From contig CBDBHB010000009.1 of the NCBI GenBank assembly GCA_965205505.1, positions 1,120,001 to 1,184,000 on the forward strand: DNA of 64,000 bases. Reading direction: 5' to 3'. This document shows, one piece after another, positions 50,933 to 61,391 of this stretch. The notes under the pieces are model-generated. The model did no database searches, was not told the origin of the DNA, and saw only the letters and a program-made list of their open reading frames with translations. This DNA comes from Acidobacteriota bacterium. Its GTDB lineage: Bacteria > Acidobacteriota > UBA890 > WLXD01. How positions within the stretch are numbered: the stretch's first letter is position 1; each line of letters starts with the position of its first letter. A program made the translations under genes and the position numbers.

Positions 50933-53900
50933 TCAGCGCTGCCGGATGAACGGAATGTTCGCCTCGAGCACGCGGCGGTTGAGCTTGCCGAGATCCTCCT
51001 GAACTAACGTCTCGAGGCTGCCGAGCGCCTCCTCGAGGCCTGCCTCCAGCCGCTCGAGCCAATCGGCCTGAACCTGCGTCGGGGCGGCGGAAGCTCGCCC
51101 TACGGCCGACGCCAGCGTGCGTAGCTTCTGATGGATCTTGGGGCCGGCGATGTAAGGTCCGGTCGGCCCGCTGTCGGCGTCTGCACGTGGCTGGCTGGTG
51201 ATTCCCGACCTGATCTCATCGAGACGTAGGGAGAGATCCTCTGCAGTGCTCGCAAGGTCACCCGCGGCGTCGGCGTCGCCGATCCGATCGCCGAGCGACT
51301 GCAGCTGCCCTACGAGGTCGTCGATGCGCTCGATTCCCTTCTGCGATCGGGCGCGCAGGTCGGCCAGCCGCAGCAGCGCATCGCGCTGCGTGCGCAGCTC
51401 TTGCAACGATACGTCGACACGCGGGTCCATCCGCACCACGAGCTCGGTAGCCGACTCCGTCCCCGCCGCCTTCAGGACCACCCGGTAGGTCGCCGGGATC
51501 ACCAGCGGTGCGGTCGGTCCGGACCCCGGGAACGTAGCTGTCGTTGCTTGCTCTTCCTCCGACTGGTGCCGTAGGTTCCAGGCCACGCGGTTGAGCCCCG
51601 CCTCGGCGGGTGCCTCGAGGGTGCGGACCACCTCGCCGTCGGCGGCCTGGATCTCGATCTTGATCGCAGGCTCATCGTCCGCGTCAGCGGGCTCCCCGGA
51701 CGCCCGCTCCTCGGGAGACGCTTCGTCATCTGATTCGGGAACGTTCGCAACGCTTCCGCTTCCCTCCGCATCGAGTCCGGGTTCCGACAGATCCAGCCCC
51801 GGGGGCACGAAGTACGAGATCACGGCGCCGTAGGGTGGGTTGGCGCCGACGAAAACCTTGTCGCCTAGGTCGACGCGCAGCTCGCGCGTGTACGGTTGAA
51901 AGCGCGTAGCTGTGGGCACGTCGAACAGGTGAACAACGGCCGCATCGGTCCCGCCCGCGGTGCCGCCTTCCGCCGAGGCGGCTGCTCCGCTGCTGCCGTG
52001 GAGCACCGCCAGGAGCTGCTGCAGCGGCGTGATGTCGTCGAGAATGAGGATCGAGCGCCCGTGCGTGCCGATGATCAGGTCGTTGTTGCGCGGGTGGATC
52101 AGGACGTCTCGCACCGCCACCGGCGGCAGCCCGAGGCGCAGCGAGGTCCAGGCGCGCATCTCCGAGTCGTCGTGCCCCGGGCCCCAGGAGGCGAAGATGC
52201 CCAGCTCGGTGCCGACGTACAGCAGGTCGGGGTTGCGCGGATCCTCGCGCACTACGTGCAGGTAGCCTGGGTCGGGGAGGCTCGAGCCAATGTCGGTCCA
52301 GCTGTCGCCGAAGTCGGTGGTCATGAACAGATACGGCGCGAAGTCGTCGAGGCGGTGCCGGTCGAAGGCGACGTAGGCGGTGCCCGCGTCGCGCCGTGAG
52401 GCCTCGATGCGCGACACCCAAGACTCTGGTGGTACCGGGATGTTGCCTACGACGTTGGTCCACACAGCTCCATCGTCGCGCGTTACTTGCACGTTGCCGT
52501 CGTCGGTGCCGACCCAAATCACTCCGGCTCGAACCGGTGATTCGGCGATCGTGTAGATCGTGGTGTGGTATTCGGCGGTCGTGTTGTCGGGGGTGATCGG
52601 GCCGCCCGACGGGCGCTGCTTCTCCTCGTCGTTGGTGGTGAGGTCCGGGCTGATCTCCACCCAGGAATCGCCGCCGTCGCTGGTGCGGAACAGCACGTTG
52701 CCGCCCAGATAGACGGCTTTCGGGTCGTGAGGCGAGATGTGGATCGGCGAGTTCCAGTTGAACCGGTAGGGGTGCTCGCCAACGGCGCCGCCCGAGAACG
52801 GGTAGGGGCGGATGGAGCGGTTCTCGTTGGTGCGCAGGTCGATACGCAGGATGCTCCCGCCCTGGGAGCCGGCGTAGACGATGTTGTGGTCGCTGGGGTC
52901 GGGCTGGATGTAGGTGCCGTCGCCGTACTGCACGTGGTACCAGTCGGCCTCGAGGATGCCGGTGCTGGTCATCGTGTTGCTCGGCCCACACCAGGCGTCG
53001 TTGTCCTGGAAGCCGGCGCAGATGAAGTAGGGGTCGCGCATGTCGGCGCCGAGCTGGTAGACCTGCTGTAGCGGCAGGTTGTTGACCAACTCCCAGGTCT
53101 CACCGCCGTTGTAGGAGTACGCGATACCGCCGTCGTTGCCATCGACCACCATCATCGGATCATCGGGGTTGATCCAGAACGACTGGTGATCGCCGTGATG
53201 CGTTGTGCCGATACGCCGCCAGGTACGGCCCCCGTCCGTGGACACGTTCAATCGCCCTCCCACCATGTAGAGGCGATTCTCGTTGGATGGATCGATGCGG
53301 AAGTCGCTGTAGTAGAACGGGCGCGAGGCGATCGCGCGGTCGTCGCTGATGTGTCCCCAGGAGCTGCCGCCGTCGCTGCTGCGCCACAGGGCCCCGTCAG
53401 TCGACTCGATCATTGCGTACACCACATCGTGATCGGAGACGGCAACGGCCACGCCGATGCGGCCGAGCACGCCGGACGGCAACCCGTTGTCGAGCTTCTC
53501 GTCGGTGAGCTCGGTCCAGCTGTCGCCGCCATCGCGACTCATGTACAGGCCGCTGCCCGGGCCGCCCGAGCGGAAGTTCCACGGCTGACGCAGAAAGTCC
53601 CACATACCGGCGTAAAGGACGCGGGGGTTGGTGGCGTCCATCGCCAGGTCGGATACGCCGGTGGTTTCGTCGACGTAGAGAACCTTCTCCCAGGTCTCGC
53701 CGCCATCGAGGCTGCGGTACACGCCGCGGTCCGGATGGGCTCCCCAGGCGTGCCCCATCGCCCCGACATAAACGTGGTCGGGGTTGTCCGGATGCACGCG
53801 GATGCGGGCGATGCGCTCGGTAGCCTCCAGGCCGATGTGGGTCCACGTGTCGCCACCGTCGGTAGAGCGATACACGCCGTCGCCAAACGACGTCGAGTTG

Positions 53901-54271
53901 CGCGGGTTGTGCTCGCCGGTGCCGAGGTAGACCACATTAGGGTCCGACGGGGCTACAGCAACTGCCCCGAGCGACAAGGTCCCACCGTCGTCGAAGATCG
54001 ACTCCCAGGTGACGCCGCGATCCTCGGTACGGAACAAGCCGCCGGAAGCGGTCGCCATGTAGAGCATGTTGGGGCGCCCCGGAACCCCGGCCAGATCGAC
54101 CGTGCGGCCACCCATGAAAGCGGGACCGATCGAGCGCCAGGAGAGGCCGCCCAGCAGGTCTTCGAGGGTGGCGTCGTCGTCCTCTTGTGGAGCGATCGCG
54201 TGACCAACCGATGGAACCAGAGCTTGGCCGGTGAGCAGCACCAACAGCAGGGTAATCGAGAGCACACGCAT
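50933..54271 (-). CDS. Vps10/sortilin-like BNR-repeat exported protein (often annotated glycosyl hydrolase)
   Basis: WRSIGPAFMGGR, repeated S.DGG.TW, THGRS. Confidence 0.88.
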   Translation of the reverse strand: MRVLSITLLLVLLTGQALVPSVGHAIAPQEDDDATLEDLLGGLSWRSIGPAFMGGRTVDLAGVPGRPNMLYMATASGGLFRTEDRGVTWESIFDDGGTLSLGAVAVAPSDPNVVYLGTGEHNPRNSTSFGDGVYRSTDGGDTWTHIGLEATERIARIRVHPDNPDHVYVGAMGHAWGAHPDRGVYRSLDGGETWEKVLYVDETTGVSDLAMDATNPRVLYAGMWDFLRQPWNFRSGGPGSGLYMSRDGGDSWTELTDEKLDNGLPSGVLGRIGVAVAVSDHDVVYAMIESTDGALWRSSDGGSSWGHISDDRAIASRPFYYSDFRIDPSNENRLYMVGGRLNVSTDGGRTWRRIGTTHHGDHQSFWINPDDPMMVVDGNDGGIAYSYNGGETWELVNNLPLQQVYQLGADMRDPYFICAGFQDNDAWCGPSNTMTSTGILEADWYHVQYGDGTYIQPDPSDHNIVYAGSQGGSILRIDLRTNENRSIRPYPFSGGAVGEHPYRFNWNSPIHISPHDPKAVYLGGNVLFRTSDGGDSWVEISPDLTTNDEEKQRPSGGPITPDNTTAEYHTTIYTIAESPVRAGVIWVGTDDGNVQVTRDDGAVWTNVVGNIPVPPESWVSRIEASRRDAGTAYVAFDRHRLDDFAPYLFMTTDFGDSWTDIGSSLPDPGYLHVVREDPRNPDLLYVGTELGIFASWGPGHDDSEMRAWTSLRLGLPPVAVRDVLIHPRNNDLIIGTHGRSILILDDITPLQQLLAVLHGSSGAAASAEGGTAGGTDAAVVHLFDVPTATRFQPYTRELRVDLGDKVFVGANPPYGAVISYFVPPGLDLSEPGLDAEGSGSVANVPESDDEASPEERASGEPADADDEPAIKIEIQAADGEVVRTLEAPAEAGLNRVAWNLRHQSEEEQATTATFPGSGPTAPLVIPATYRVVLKAAGTESATELVVRMDPRVDVSLQELRTQRDALLRLADLRARSQKGIERIDDLVGQLQSLGDRIGDADAAGDLASTAEDLSLRLDEIRSGITSQPRADADSGPTGPYIAGPKIHQKLRTLASAVGRASAAPTQVQADWLERLEAGLEEALGSLETLVQEDLGKLNRRVLEANIPFIRQR

Positions 54272-54345
54272 CGAAGCCTCCTTGGCTCAGCTGAGGATCG
54301 GCAGGGTACCGTGCGGCGGCCGTCGGAGACAGGAAGTCTCGATGC

Positions 54346-54492
54346 GCGCTCCGCCGGGCGTTGAGGGACTTCTTGCGCGGCGATCGGCTCGGTGAGCTGG
54401 AGCGTCAGGATCGTGACGGCTATGAAAGAGTGCCCGAGGGCGTCGAGGAGCTCGCAGTCTGGGAGGACATTCTCGAGTGGCCCGCAGGCTAG
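54346..54492 (+). pseudogene. C-terminal remnant of an RHH-type antitoxin
   Basis: ALRRALRDFLR..ELERQDRDGYERVP..EELAVWE..WP overlapping the toxin start; no N-terminal DNA-binding part. Confidence 0.6.
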
Positions 54493-54809
54493 AGCGCGGC
54501 GAAATCCGGCTCGTCAGCTTCGCTTCGCCCGACAAGGTCAGGCCGGCGCTGGTTATCACCCGCGACAGTGCCCTGGGATACCTGAACCGGGTAACGGTGG
54601 CACCGATCACCTCGTCCATCAGAGGCGTGCCGTCGGAGGTCCGACTCGGCGTGGACGACGGCATGACGCGCGACTGCGTTGTCAACCTGCACCACCTGGC
54701 GACGATCTCCCGCCACCGTCTAGGTCGCCGACTCGCGAGCCTTAGCGACGAGCGCATGCGCTCCGTGTGCCGGGCGATCGGCTTCGCGCTGGGCTGCGAG
54801 AGCAGGTAG
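54477..54809 (+). CDS. PemK/MazF family toxin
   Basis: RGEI, DKVRPALVITR, VTVAPITS, EVRL, M..VCRAIGFALG. Confidence 0.9.
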   Translation: MARRLERGEIRLVSFASPDKVRPALVITRDSALGYLNRVTVAPITSSIRGVPSEVRLGVDDGMTRDCVVNLHHLATISRHRLGRRLASLSDERMRSVCRAIGFALGCESR

Positions 54810-54828
54810 CTCCTCTCCTGGCATGCGT

Positions 54829-54903
54829 GAAGCCTCCTAAACAGATATTTGACTGGTACCCCGTCAGGTTCCCCACGGTGACCTGCTAGAATCGCCGTCG
54901 CTG
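54829..54903 (+). repeat. Kinase-unit 3' tail element, copy 2; contains extended -10-like TGCTAGAAT
   Basis: Homologous to the reverse complement of 21106-21176. Confidence 0.7.
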
Positions 54904-55013
54904 ATTCCCCGTGTTCGCAGCGCAGCGCAGCCGGGCAAACGCTGCCTAACGTCGGCGTAGGTCGACGGATGCTCCCCTTGGGCGCGGACCCGAAACGGAA
55001 CGGAGGCCATCTG

Positions 55014-55450
55014 ATGGAGATGAAACGTCTCGCTGTCTTGCCAATAGCGCTTCTTATCGCGGGCACTGCCGTTGCGGCGAGCGTTCGAGGCATGGCGCCT
55101 GAGACCCTCGAAGCCGGTCGACCCCGGGTGCAGGCTACCCCGCCAATCAACGTCATCTTGACCTGCAACGCGGGCGGCCAGGTAGGAATCCAGGTCAATC
55201 CGTTTCGCCGTCACCTAGGCCGTGACGATACCGCCAGATGGCGGCGAGTCGGCGGCTACAATGGCACCTTCGAGATCGAACCGGTGGGCACTTTCCCGTG
55301 GACGCTCTCGAACGGCGGGACGAGCGCTGGCGGGAGGTGACGGGAACGCCCCCTAGCGGCGGAGTCGGTGACGGAACCTACTACTACAAGGTGAAGTTCA
55401 TGTGCGACGGCGACGAGGTCGTGCTCGACCCCCGCATGGACGTCCCCTGA
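55014..55450 (+). CDS. Small secreted beta-rich protein ending YYYKV..C..LDPRMDVP; frameshift in G-run near 55333
   Basis: GGAGG RBS, signal peptide, two Cys; two ORFs join with a 1-nt shift. Confidence 0.65.
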
Positions 55451-55463
55451 TCATCACGTCCGC

Positions 55464-58115
55464 TCAGCGGGCTCCTGGATCCAGCAAGGCCTCGAATCGC
55501 GGGTCGCCCGCGAGGTCGTCGAACACGGGTGCCGCCCGGATCTCAACCACCGTGTAACCGGCGGCCACCGCCGCCTGTAGATGGTGCAGGGCCGTATCGT
55601 CGTCTCCCAGGCGGTGATAAACCTTGGCCGCCTAAAGCAGGACGTATCCCTCGCTGGCCTCCAGAGCCAGGGCCTTTTCGATGTGCGCGATCGCGTTGTC
55701 GCGTTGCTCGAGCATGGCGTTGTAAAAGGCCAGGTCGATAAGAGCATCGACATCACGAGGATTGATACGCAGCTGTGCCTCGCCCAGCGCGATTGCCCGC
55801 CTGTATGTGTCGGCCGCCCTGTCGCGCGCCCCAGGGAGCCAATAATAGGCGTCGGCTAGATTGCCCCAACGCAAGTGGTTCTTGTCGTCGAGCTCCGCAG
55901 CGCGCTCGAAGGTGCGCGCGGCGTCGGCATAGCGTCGCTGAAAGAAGTAGAGGGTCGCCAGGTTCGACAGCGACCTCTCGTCATCCGGCCGGATGCTCAG
56001 CGCCCGCTCGAACAGCCGTCGCGCCTCGTCCCAGTTCTCCGCGAAGTAGTGGGCGGTCCCGAGGTTGCGGTAGCCACTGTAGCTGGCCGGTGCCAGTCGT
56101 ACGACCTCCCCCAGGCTGACGATCGCCTCGTCCAGGCGACCACGGCGAAGCAGGAAGATGCCGAGCCACTGATGGCCGGCCCAGTAGTGCGGCCGGGTCA
56201 TGATCGCGTCCCGGTAGGTCTCCTCTGCCAGCTCCGGTTTGTTGAGCTCCTGATACGCCTTGCCCAGCTCGATGTAGGCCACATCGATCGTCGGATCGAG
56301 CGCCAATGCTCGGGAGAGCTCGGCGATGGCGATCTCCGGCTCTCCCGTGCTGTTGTAAAGCTCACCGAGGCAGACATGGGCAAGCGCCGCCTGGTCGTCG
56401 AGCTCCTGAGCGCGACGGCACTGTTGGCTGGCGCGGTCGATCCACACCGGCTCGCGCGTGTCGGTGAACCGACGCTGGAAGGCCGTGCCCAGGGCAGCGT
56501 GAGCGTCGGCATAGGTCGGATCGAGCCGCAAGGCCTGTTGGAAGAAGTCGGCGGCGGACTCGATGTTGTCAGGATCATCGTAGTCTGCGAGCAACCCCTG
56601 CCCGCGCAGGAATAGCGCGTAGGCTGCCGGATTGCTCGTACCCGCACTGAAGGCCTGCCGGTCAATTGGCTCGAGCTCCACTTGGAGCATGCCCAGGACC
56701 TGCTGCGCCACTCGTTCCTCGAACTCGATGAGGTCGTCGAGCGTGCCGTCGATGGTGTCGGCACCAAGCTGGCGCTGCGCGCCGACGTCGACCAGGGTCG
56801 CCGTGACACGGAGATCCCGATCGCCAACTCGACGCGTCGCATAGTTGATGGCGAGCGACACGCCGAGCTCCTCGCGCGCTTTCCCCAGCGTGTCTATACG
56901 CAGCTCGCGCAGCGAGCTGGCGGGGATCACCTGTAACCCGTGGGTGCGGGACAGTCCCGCCAGTTGCGCCGTCAGCGTCACCGTCAGGCCGTCGTTGAGC
57001 GCGGCGATCTCAGGGTCTGGCTCGGCCACCGCGACGATGGGCAGGACGGCGATGACCCAGTCCGTGGGATCGAACGCTGCGGCCGCGACCCTCGCGCCGA
57101 TCCGGCCGGAGCTCGGCGCATCCACCGGCGCGCTCGAGGTATCTGTGGTCGGCCACAGTGTTTGCCAGCCGATCACCAGCGTTGCAGCCAGGGCGAGCGC
57201 ACCCACCGAGTAGGCTACGGTTCGCTTCTTGTTGAGCCCGCGCCCGGCAACGGCGGTACTCCTCGACCAACCTGAGAGCTCCTCGTCGATCTCGATCCGC
57301 GCGTCGGCAATGTCGTGGAGTCGTTCGCCCCGGTCTTTCTGCAAGCATCGCCGCGACAAGGACTCAACAGAACCAGGCGTGCCAGCCGGCAAGTCACTCC
57401 AGTTGGGCTCGTGCTCGAGGATCGCGTTGAGCGTGTCGACAGCCGTCTCACGAGCAAACGCCGGTTTGCCGGTCAAAGTCTCGTAGAGCACACACCCAAA
57501 CGACCAGATATCGGTCCGACTATCGAGCGCCTGTCCTCGCAACTGCTCCGGACTCATATAGGGAGCTGTGCCGAGGAACACGCCATGCGCCGTGAGGTCG
57601 GAGGCTTTCGTAGCGGCGTGCGTCAGATCACCCTCTTCCACGTGCTGGAGTGCTTTTGCGAGGCCGAAATCGAGCACCTTGACCGCGCCCTGCCACGTCA
57701 CCATCACGTTGCCGGGTTTCAAATCGCGATGGATGATTCCTTTCTCGTGAGCAGCCTCTAGCGCCTGGGCGATCTGTCGGTTGATTCGCATGGCATCTTG
57801 CAGGGATAGAGGTCCTTCTCGCAGCCGCTCGGCGAGGGTCTCTCCCTCCACTAGCTCGAGGATCAGACACGGACGACCGTCGTGCTCTTCCAGTCCATGG
57901 ATCGTCGCGATGTTGGGATGGTTGAGTCCGGCCAGAATCTCGGCTTCGCGATCGAACCTCGCCAGGGTCGCGTCGGAAACCACTCCGTCTGGGAGTACCT
58001 TGATGGCCACATCGCGCTTGAGCTTGGTGTCCTTGGCTCGATACACTGCGCCCATCCCGCCTGCACCGAGCGGGGAGAGGATCTCGTACTGGCCTAGGCG
58101 AGTGCCGGGTTCCAT
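55464..58115 (-). CDS. Ser/Thr kinase-TM-TolB_N-like-TPR protein with in-frame TAG at 55632-55634
   Basis: [27 protein letters not shown]; TPR repeats; frame continues after TAG with [14 protein letters not shown] to TGA 55464. Confidence 0.9.
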
Positions 58116-58209
58116 GGCGCTACCGGAGGGGAGTGGGGGCGAGCGTGAAGCCTACCGCCGGCGCGGGCGAGGGTCCACGGGAGGTCCGGTACCCCTTAGG
58201 GAGCCAATC

Positions 58210-60975
58210 CTACTCTGCGGTCAGCGCTCCCACCGGGTCTGCCGAGGCGGCACGCCGCGCCGGGAGCCACGTGGCCGTCGCCGATACCAACAGAGCCAGC
58301 CCCAGGGCCGAGCCCACGACCCACGGATCGGTGCCGGCGACCTCGTAGAGGAAGCTCTGAATCCAGCGCGCCAGAGCAAGCGCCAATGCCATGCCTGCAA
58401 GCGCGCCTAGGGCCGCCACCTTGAATCCGCCCGCCAGAACCTCGGTCACGATGTCCTTGTCCGACGCCCCCAGGGCGATACGAATGCTGAGCTCCCGTGA
58501 CCGGCCGCGCACGCCATGCGCAGTAATGCCGTAGATTCCGATCGTTCCCAGGATCAAGGCCGCCGCCGTGAAGGCGGACATGAGTATCAATACGGCGCGC
58601 CGATCGCTGACCGAGTCGGCGATCAATCGCTGCATCGTCGTGTAGTCGGAGACGACGCCCGCAGAGTCGACCGCTCGGACCGCATCGCGCACGGTTGCCA
58701 GAGCCGCCGCTCGCGGCTCTGCGCGAACCATGTATTCGCGCCCGAAGAAACCGAAGCGCTCGGCGATTGCCCCGACCTGGGTCTCGGGCCGGTAGACCAA
58801 CAGCGGCGCCTGCTCGGCGAGACCCAGGAAGCGAACATCGGCGGCGATTCCGACAACCGTCGCCCACGGCAACCCTTCCTCTACGGTCGATTCGAACTCG
58901 GTTGCCACCTGCCCACCGATCGCGTCGCCGCTCGGGAAGAGCGTGCGTGCGGTGCTGCTCGAGATGACGGCGACCGGCTCTGAGCCCTCGGTATCATCGG
59001 GGCCGAAGAAGCGGCCTTCCAAGAGCGGCGTCTCGGCGACGGCGAAGTAATCGGGGCCGACCGACCGACAGCGACACAGGGTGTCGCTGTCGGTCTCCGG
59101 GCCTGCCTCGTCGAACCGGCGACAGCCCACTACGCCGCCGTCCTGGTTGTAGGGGGCCTGCGAGATCGTTGACGCCCGTGTAACACCGCGGAGGGCGTCG
59201 ATTCGCTCGAGCACGAGTCGATGGAAGGTCGACGCCTCGACGTGGGAGGTCGGTCGACCTCTCTCGGCCCCCACGTAGAAGGTGACGAGTCCCTCCGACC
59301 TGATACCGGCATCGACACGGCTGAGGTGCCAGAAGCTCTTCACGAGCAGGCCTGCCCCGATGAGCAGCATCACGGCCAGCCCGACTTCCGCAGCGACGAT
59401 GGCGCGCTGGAAGTAGCTGCGCCCGGTCGTGCCACGCCCGCCCGAAGCGAGGCTCTCTCGTAATCGAATGGTGGCGAGTCGCAGGGCAGGCGCGATGGCG
59501 ACTAGCCAACCGGTGAGCAGCGCCAGCGCCACGGCGAAGCCTGCGACCCGAGCGTCGATCTCGATCGCGGCCATACGCGGCGTATCGTCAGGCAACAGCG
59601 CCAGCACTCCCCGCACGGCTACCGCGGAGCTCATCAGACCGAGGCCTCCCCCGAGCAGTGCCAGGACCGTGCTCTCGGTCAGAAGTTGGCGCACGAGGCG
59701 AGATGGCCTCGCACCGAGTGCAAGCCGCACCGAAATCTCGCGCTGTCGCGCGATTCCGCGGGTCAGCAGCAGGTTCACCACGTTGGCCGAAGCGATGAGC
59801 AAGATCAGGCCAACCGAGCCAAACAAGAGCAGCAACGCTGGCCTCACCTCGCCGACGACGAACTCGCGCAGTGGTAGGACGGTGAAATCGGCGCCGAAAT
59901 CGTCCCGCGTCTCATATCTCTCCTTCCACCCCACAACAACAGCTTGCAGCTCGGCTCGCGCCTGCGCGATCGTTGCGCCAGGCTTCAACCGGCCGAGTCC
60001 CTTCATCTCCGCGGACTGGAATGTGATGTGGTCACGGTCGAACGCTTTCGGCAACACGACATCGGCGTCGGGCCGGAGAAGGTCGTAATCTGCTGCAAGC
60101 ACCCCGACGACGACGTGTTCTTCACTATCGAGCGTGACCGTCTGCCCGACGATCGACCGGTCGCCGGCGAGCTCGTTCTGCCAAAACGAGTGCGTCACAA
60201 CGGTGACCTTCTCGTTTCCCAGCTCGTTCGCGTCGGGCGCAAAGGTTCGGCCGAGCTCCATGACGGGTCCGAGCACGTCGAGAAAGCCGGCCGTGACGCG
60301 CAGACCGCTGATCGACTTGGTTCCCTCCTCCTCGTCGCGATACCAGGCGTTGCGCGGCGAGTATCCGGCGACAGCAGAGAAGGAGCTCGACTCCGTACCG
60401 AGCAGGTCTTTCTGGAACACCTCGAAGTTGGCGTTGGAGAACCAGAAGGTCGGCCAAATGGCCACGATCCGGTCGGGCTCGGGGTAGGGCAACGGTCGCA
60501 AGAGGATGCCGTCGACCACACTGAAGATCGTCGTCGTCGCGGCAATGCCGATCGCGATGGTCAGAACGACGGTCGCCGTGAAACCGGGTTGGAGCCTGAT
60601 CGAGCGGGTCGCGAAGCGGACGTCTTGCAGAAGATCGCTGCCCCACCGGGCGACCGCGGCAAGCGGATTGCGGTGGTTCCATGAGGGATCTCCGTGCCGC
60701 GTTCCGCTCAGCGCTCGCAGAGAGGTGCCGGACGCCCACCAGGTGAGTTGCCCACGGATGCTCTCGGCGTCGCCGAACCTCTCGAGGGCGTGCTCGAGCG
60801 CGTCCCTGGGGTGCAGGCCACGGGCGAGCTGCGCTCGGGCTTCCGTCTCCAGGTGCAGGACGAAATCCGTCCTCGCCTCAGTGGTGTTTGCGTTGCGGAT
60901 CTCGAGGCCGTTCAGCAGCTCGTCGACGTGACGCTCGATCCGCCGACGAATCTCGGGTGGCAGCGCTTCGCTCAT
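58210..60975 (-). CDS. ADOP-type duplicated ABC permease (MacB/FtsX) with N-terminal prefix domain
   Basis: ALERFGD, QDVRFATRS, LRPLPY, ANVVNLLL..RQREISVRLALGA, PARRAASADP. Confidence 0.92.
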   Translation of the reverse strand: MSEALPPEIRRRIERHVDELLNGLEIRNANTTEARTDFVLHLETEARAQLARGLHPRDALEHALERFGDAESIRGQLTWWASGTSLRALSGTRHGDPSWNHRNPLAAVARWGSDLLQDVRFATRSIRLQPGFTATVVLTIAIGIAATTTIFSVVDGILLRPLPYPEPDRIVAIWPTFWFSNANFEVFQKDLLGTESSSFSAVAGYSPRNAWYRDEEEGTKSISGLRVTAGFLDVLGPVMELGRTFAPDANELGNEKVTVVTHSFWQNELAGDRSIVGQTVTLDSEEHVVVGVLAADYDLLRPDADVVLPKAFDRDHITFQSAEMKGLGRLKPGATIAQARAELQAVVVGWKERYETRDDFGADFTVLPLREFVVGEVRPALLLLFGSVGLILLIASANVVNLLLTRGIARQREISVRLALGARPSRLVRQLLTESTVLALLGGGLGLMSSAVAVRGVLALLPDDTPRMAAIEIDARVAGFAVALALLTGWLVAIAPALRLATIRLRESLASGGRGTTGRSYFQRAIVAAEVGLAVMLLIGAGLLVKSFWHLSRVDAGIRSEGLVTFYVGAERGRPTSHVEASTFHRLVLERIDALRGVTRASTISQAPYNQDGGVVGCRRFDEAGPETDSDTLCRCRSVGPDYFAVAETPLLEGRFFGPDDTEGSEPVAVISSSTARTLFPSGDAIGGQVATEFESTVEEGLPWATVVGIAADVRFLGLAEQAPLLVYRPETQVGAIAERFGFFGREYMVRAEPRAAALATVRDAVRAVDSAGVVSDYTTMQRLIADSVSDRRAVLILMSAFTAAALILGTIGIYGITAHGVRGRSRELSIRIALGASDKDIVTEVLAGGFKVAALGALAGMALALALARWIQSFLYEVAGTDPWVVGSALGLALLVSATATWLPARRAASADPVGALTAE

Positions 60976-61043
60976 CGCTCAGCAACCTTGTTCGGGGAAC
61001 GCTATCGTCAATCCGCGGCCGCGCATCGCTCGTGCAGGCCAGC

Positions 61044-61391
61044 TCAGTGGGCCCTACCGAGCGCCAGCTTCATGCCGCGGGCAAAAAGATCCCAGTTCTC
61101 GAGTAGCTCGTTGAGAGCCACGCGGCCCTCTGTGGTCAGGTGGTAGACCTTCCGACTGCGACCCGCGTCGGGAGTCTGCACCTCGCTGCGCAGCCAGCCC
61201 TTGTCGCGGAGGCTGTACAGCAGGGGGTACACCGTGCCGTCGCTGAAGGCGAAGATGCCATCGCTCCGCCGCCGGATCGTCTGGATCAACTCGTACCCGT
61301 GCAACGGTTGCTCGGCGAGCACGGCGAGGATCATCGTGGTCGCGCCGCCTCTGACGAACTGCCGTTCCGAGCTTCGGGATCGAGCGCTCAT
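61044..61391 (-). CDS. PadR family transcriptional regulator
   Basis: LHGYEL, GTVYPLL, RKVYHLTTEG; directly upstream of the ADOP permease. Confidence 0.93.
   Translation of the reverse strand: MSARSRSSERQFVRGGATTMILAVLAEQPLHGYELIQTIRRRSDGIFAFSDGTVYPLLYSLRDKGWLRSEVQTPDAGRSRKVYHLTTEGRVALNELLENWDLFARGMKLALGRAH

Noticed and set aside
12300-55340. Programmed frameshifting or phase variation at the many 1-nt frameshifts (about 12315, 14186, 16825, 18396, 40688, 41481, 55333)
   Set aside because: Most lie in short G/C runs in unrelated genes, which fits long-read indel error or decay; the tracts are too short for typical contingency loci.
7296-55634. Genome-wide stop-codon reassignment (TAG=Gln/Pyl or TGA=Trp)
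   Set aside because: TAG and TGA end many intact genes at their family-typical C-termini (for example LGLPRSY*, LVPTDP*, MPAFQ*).
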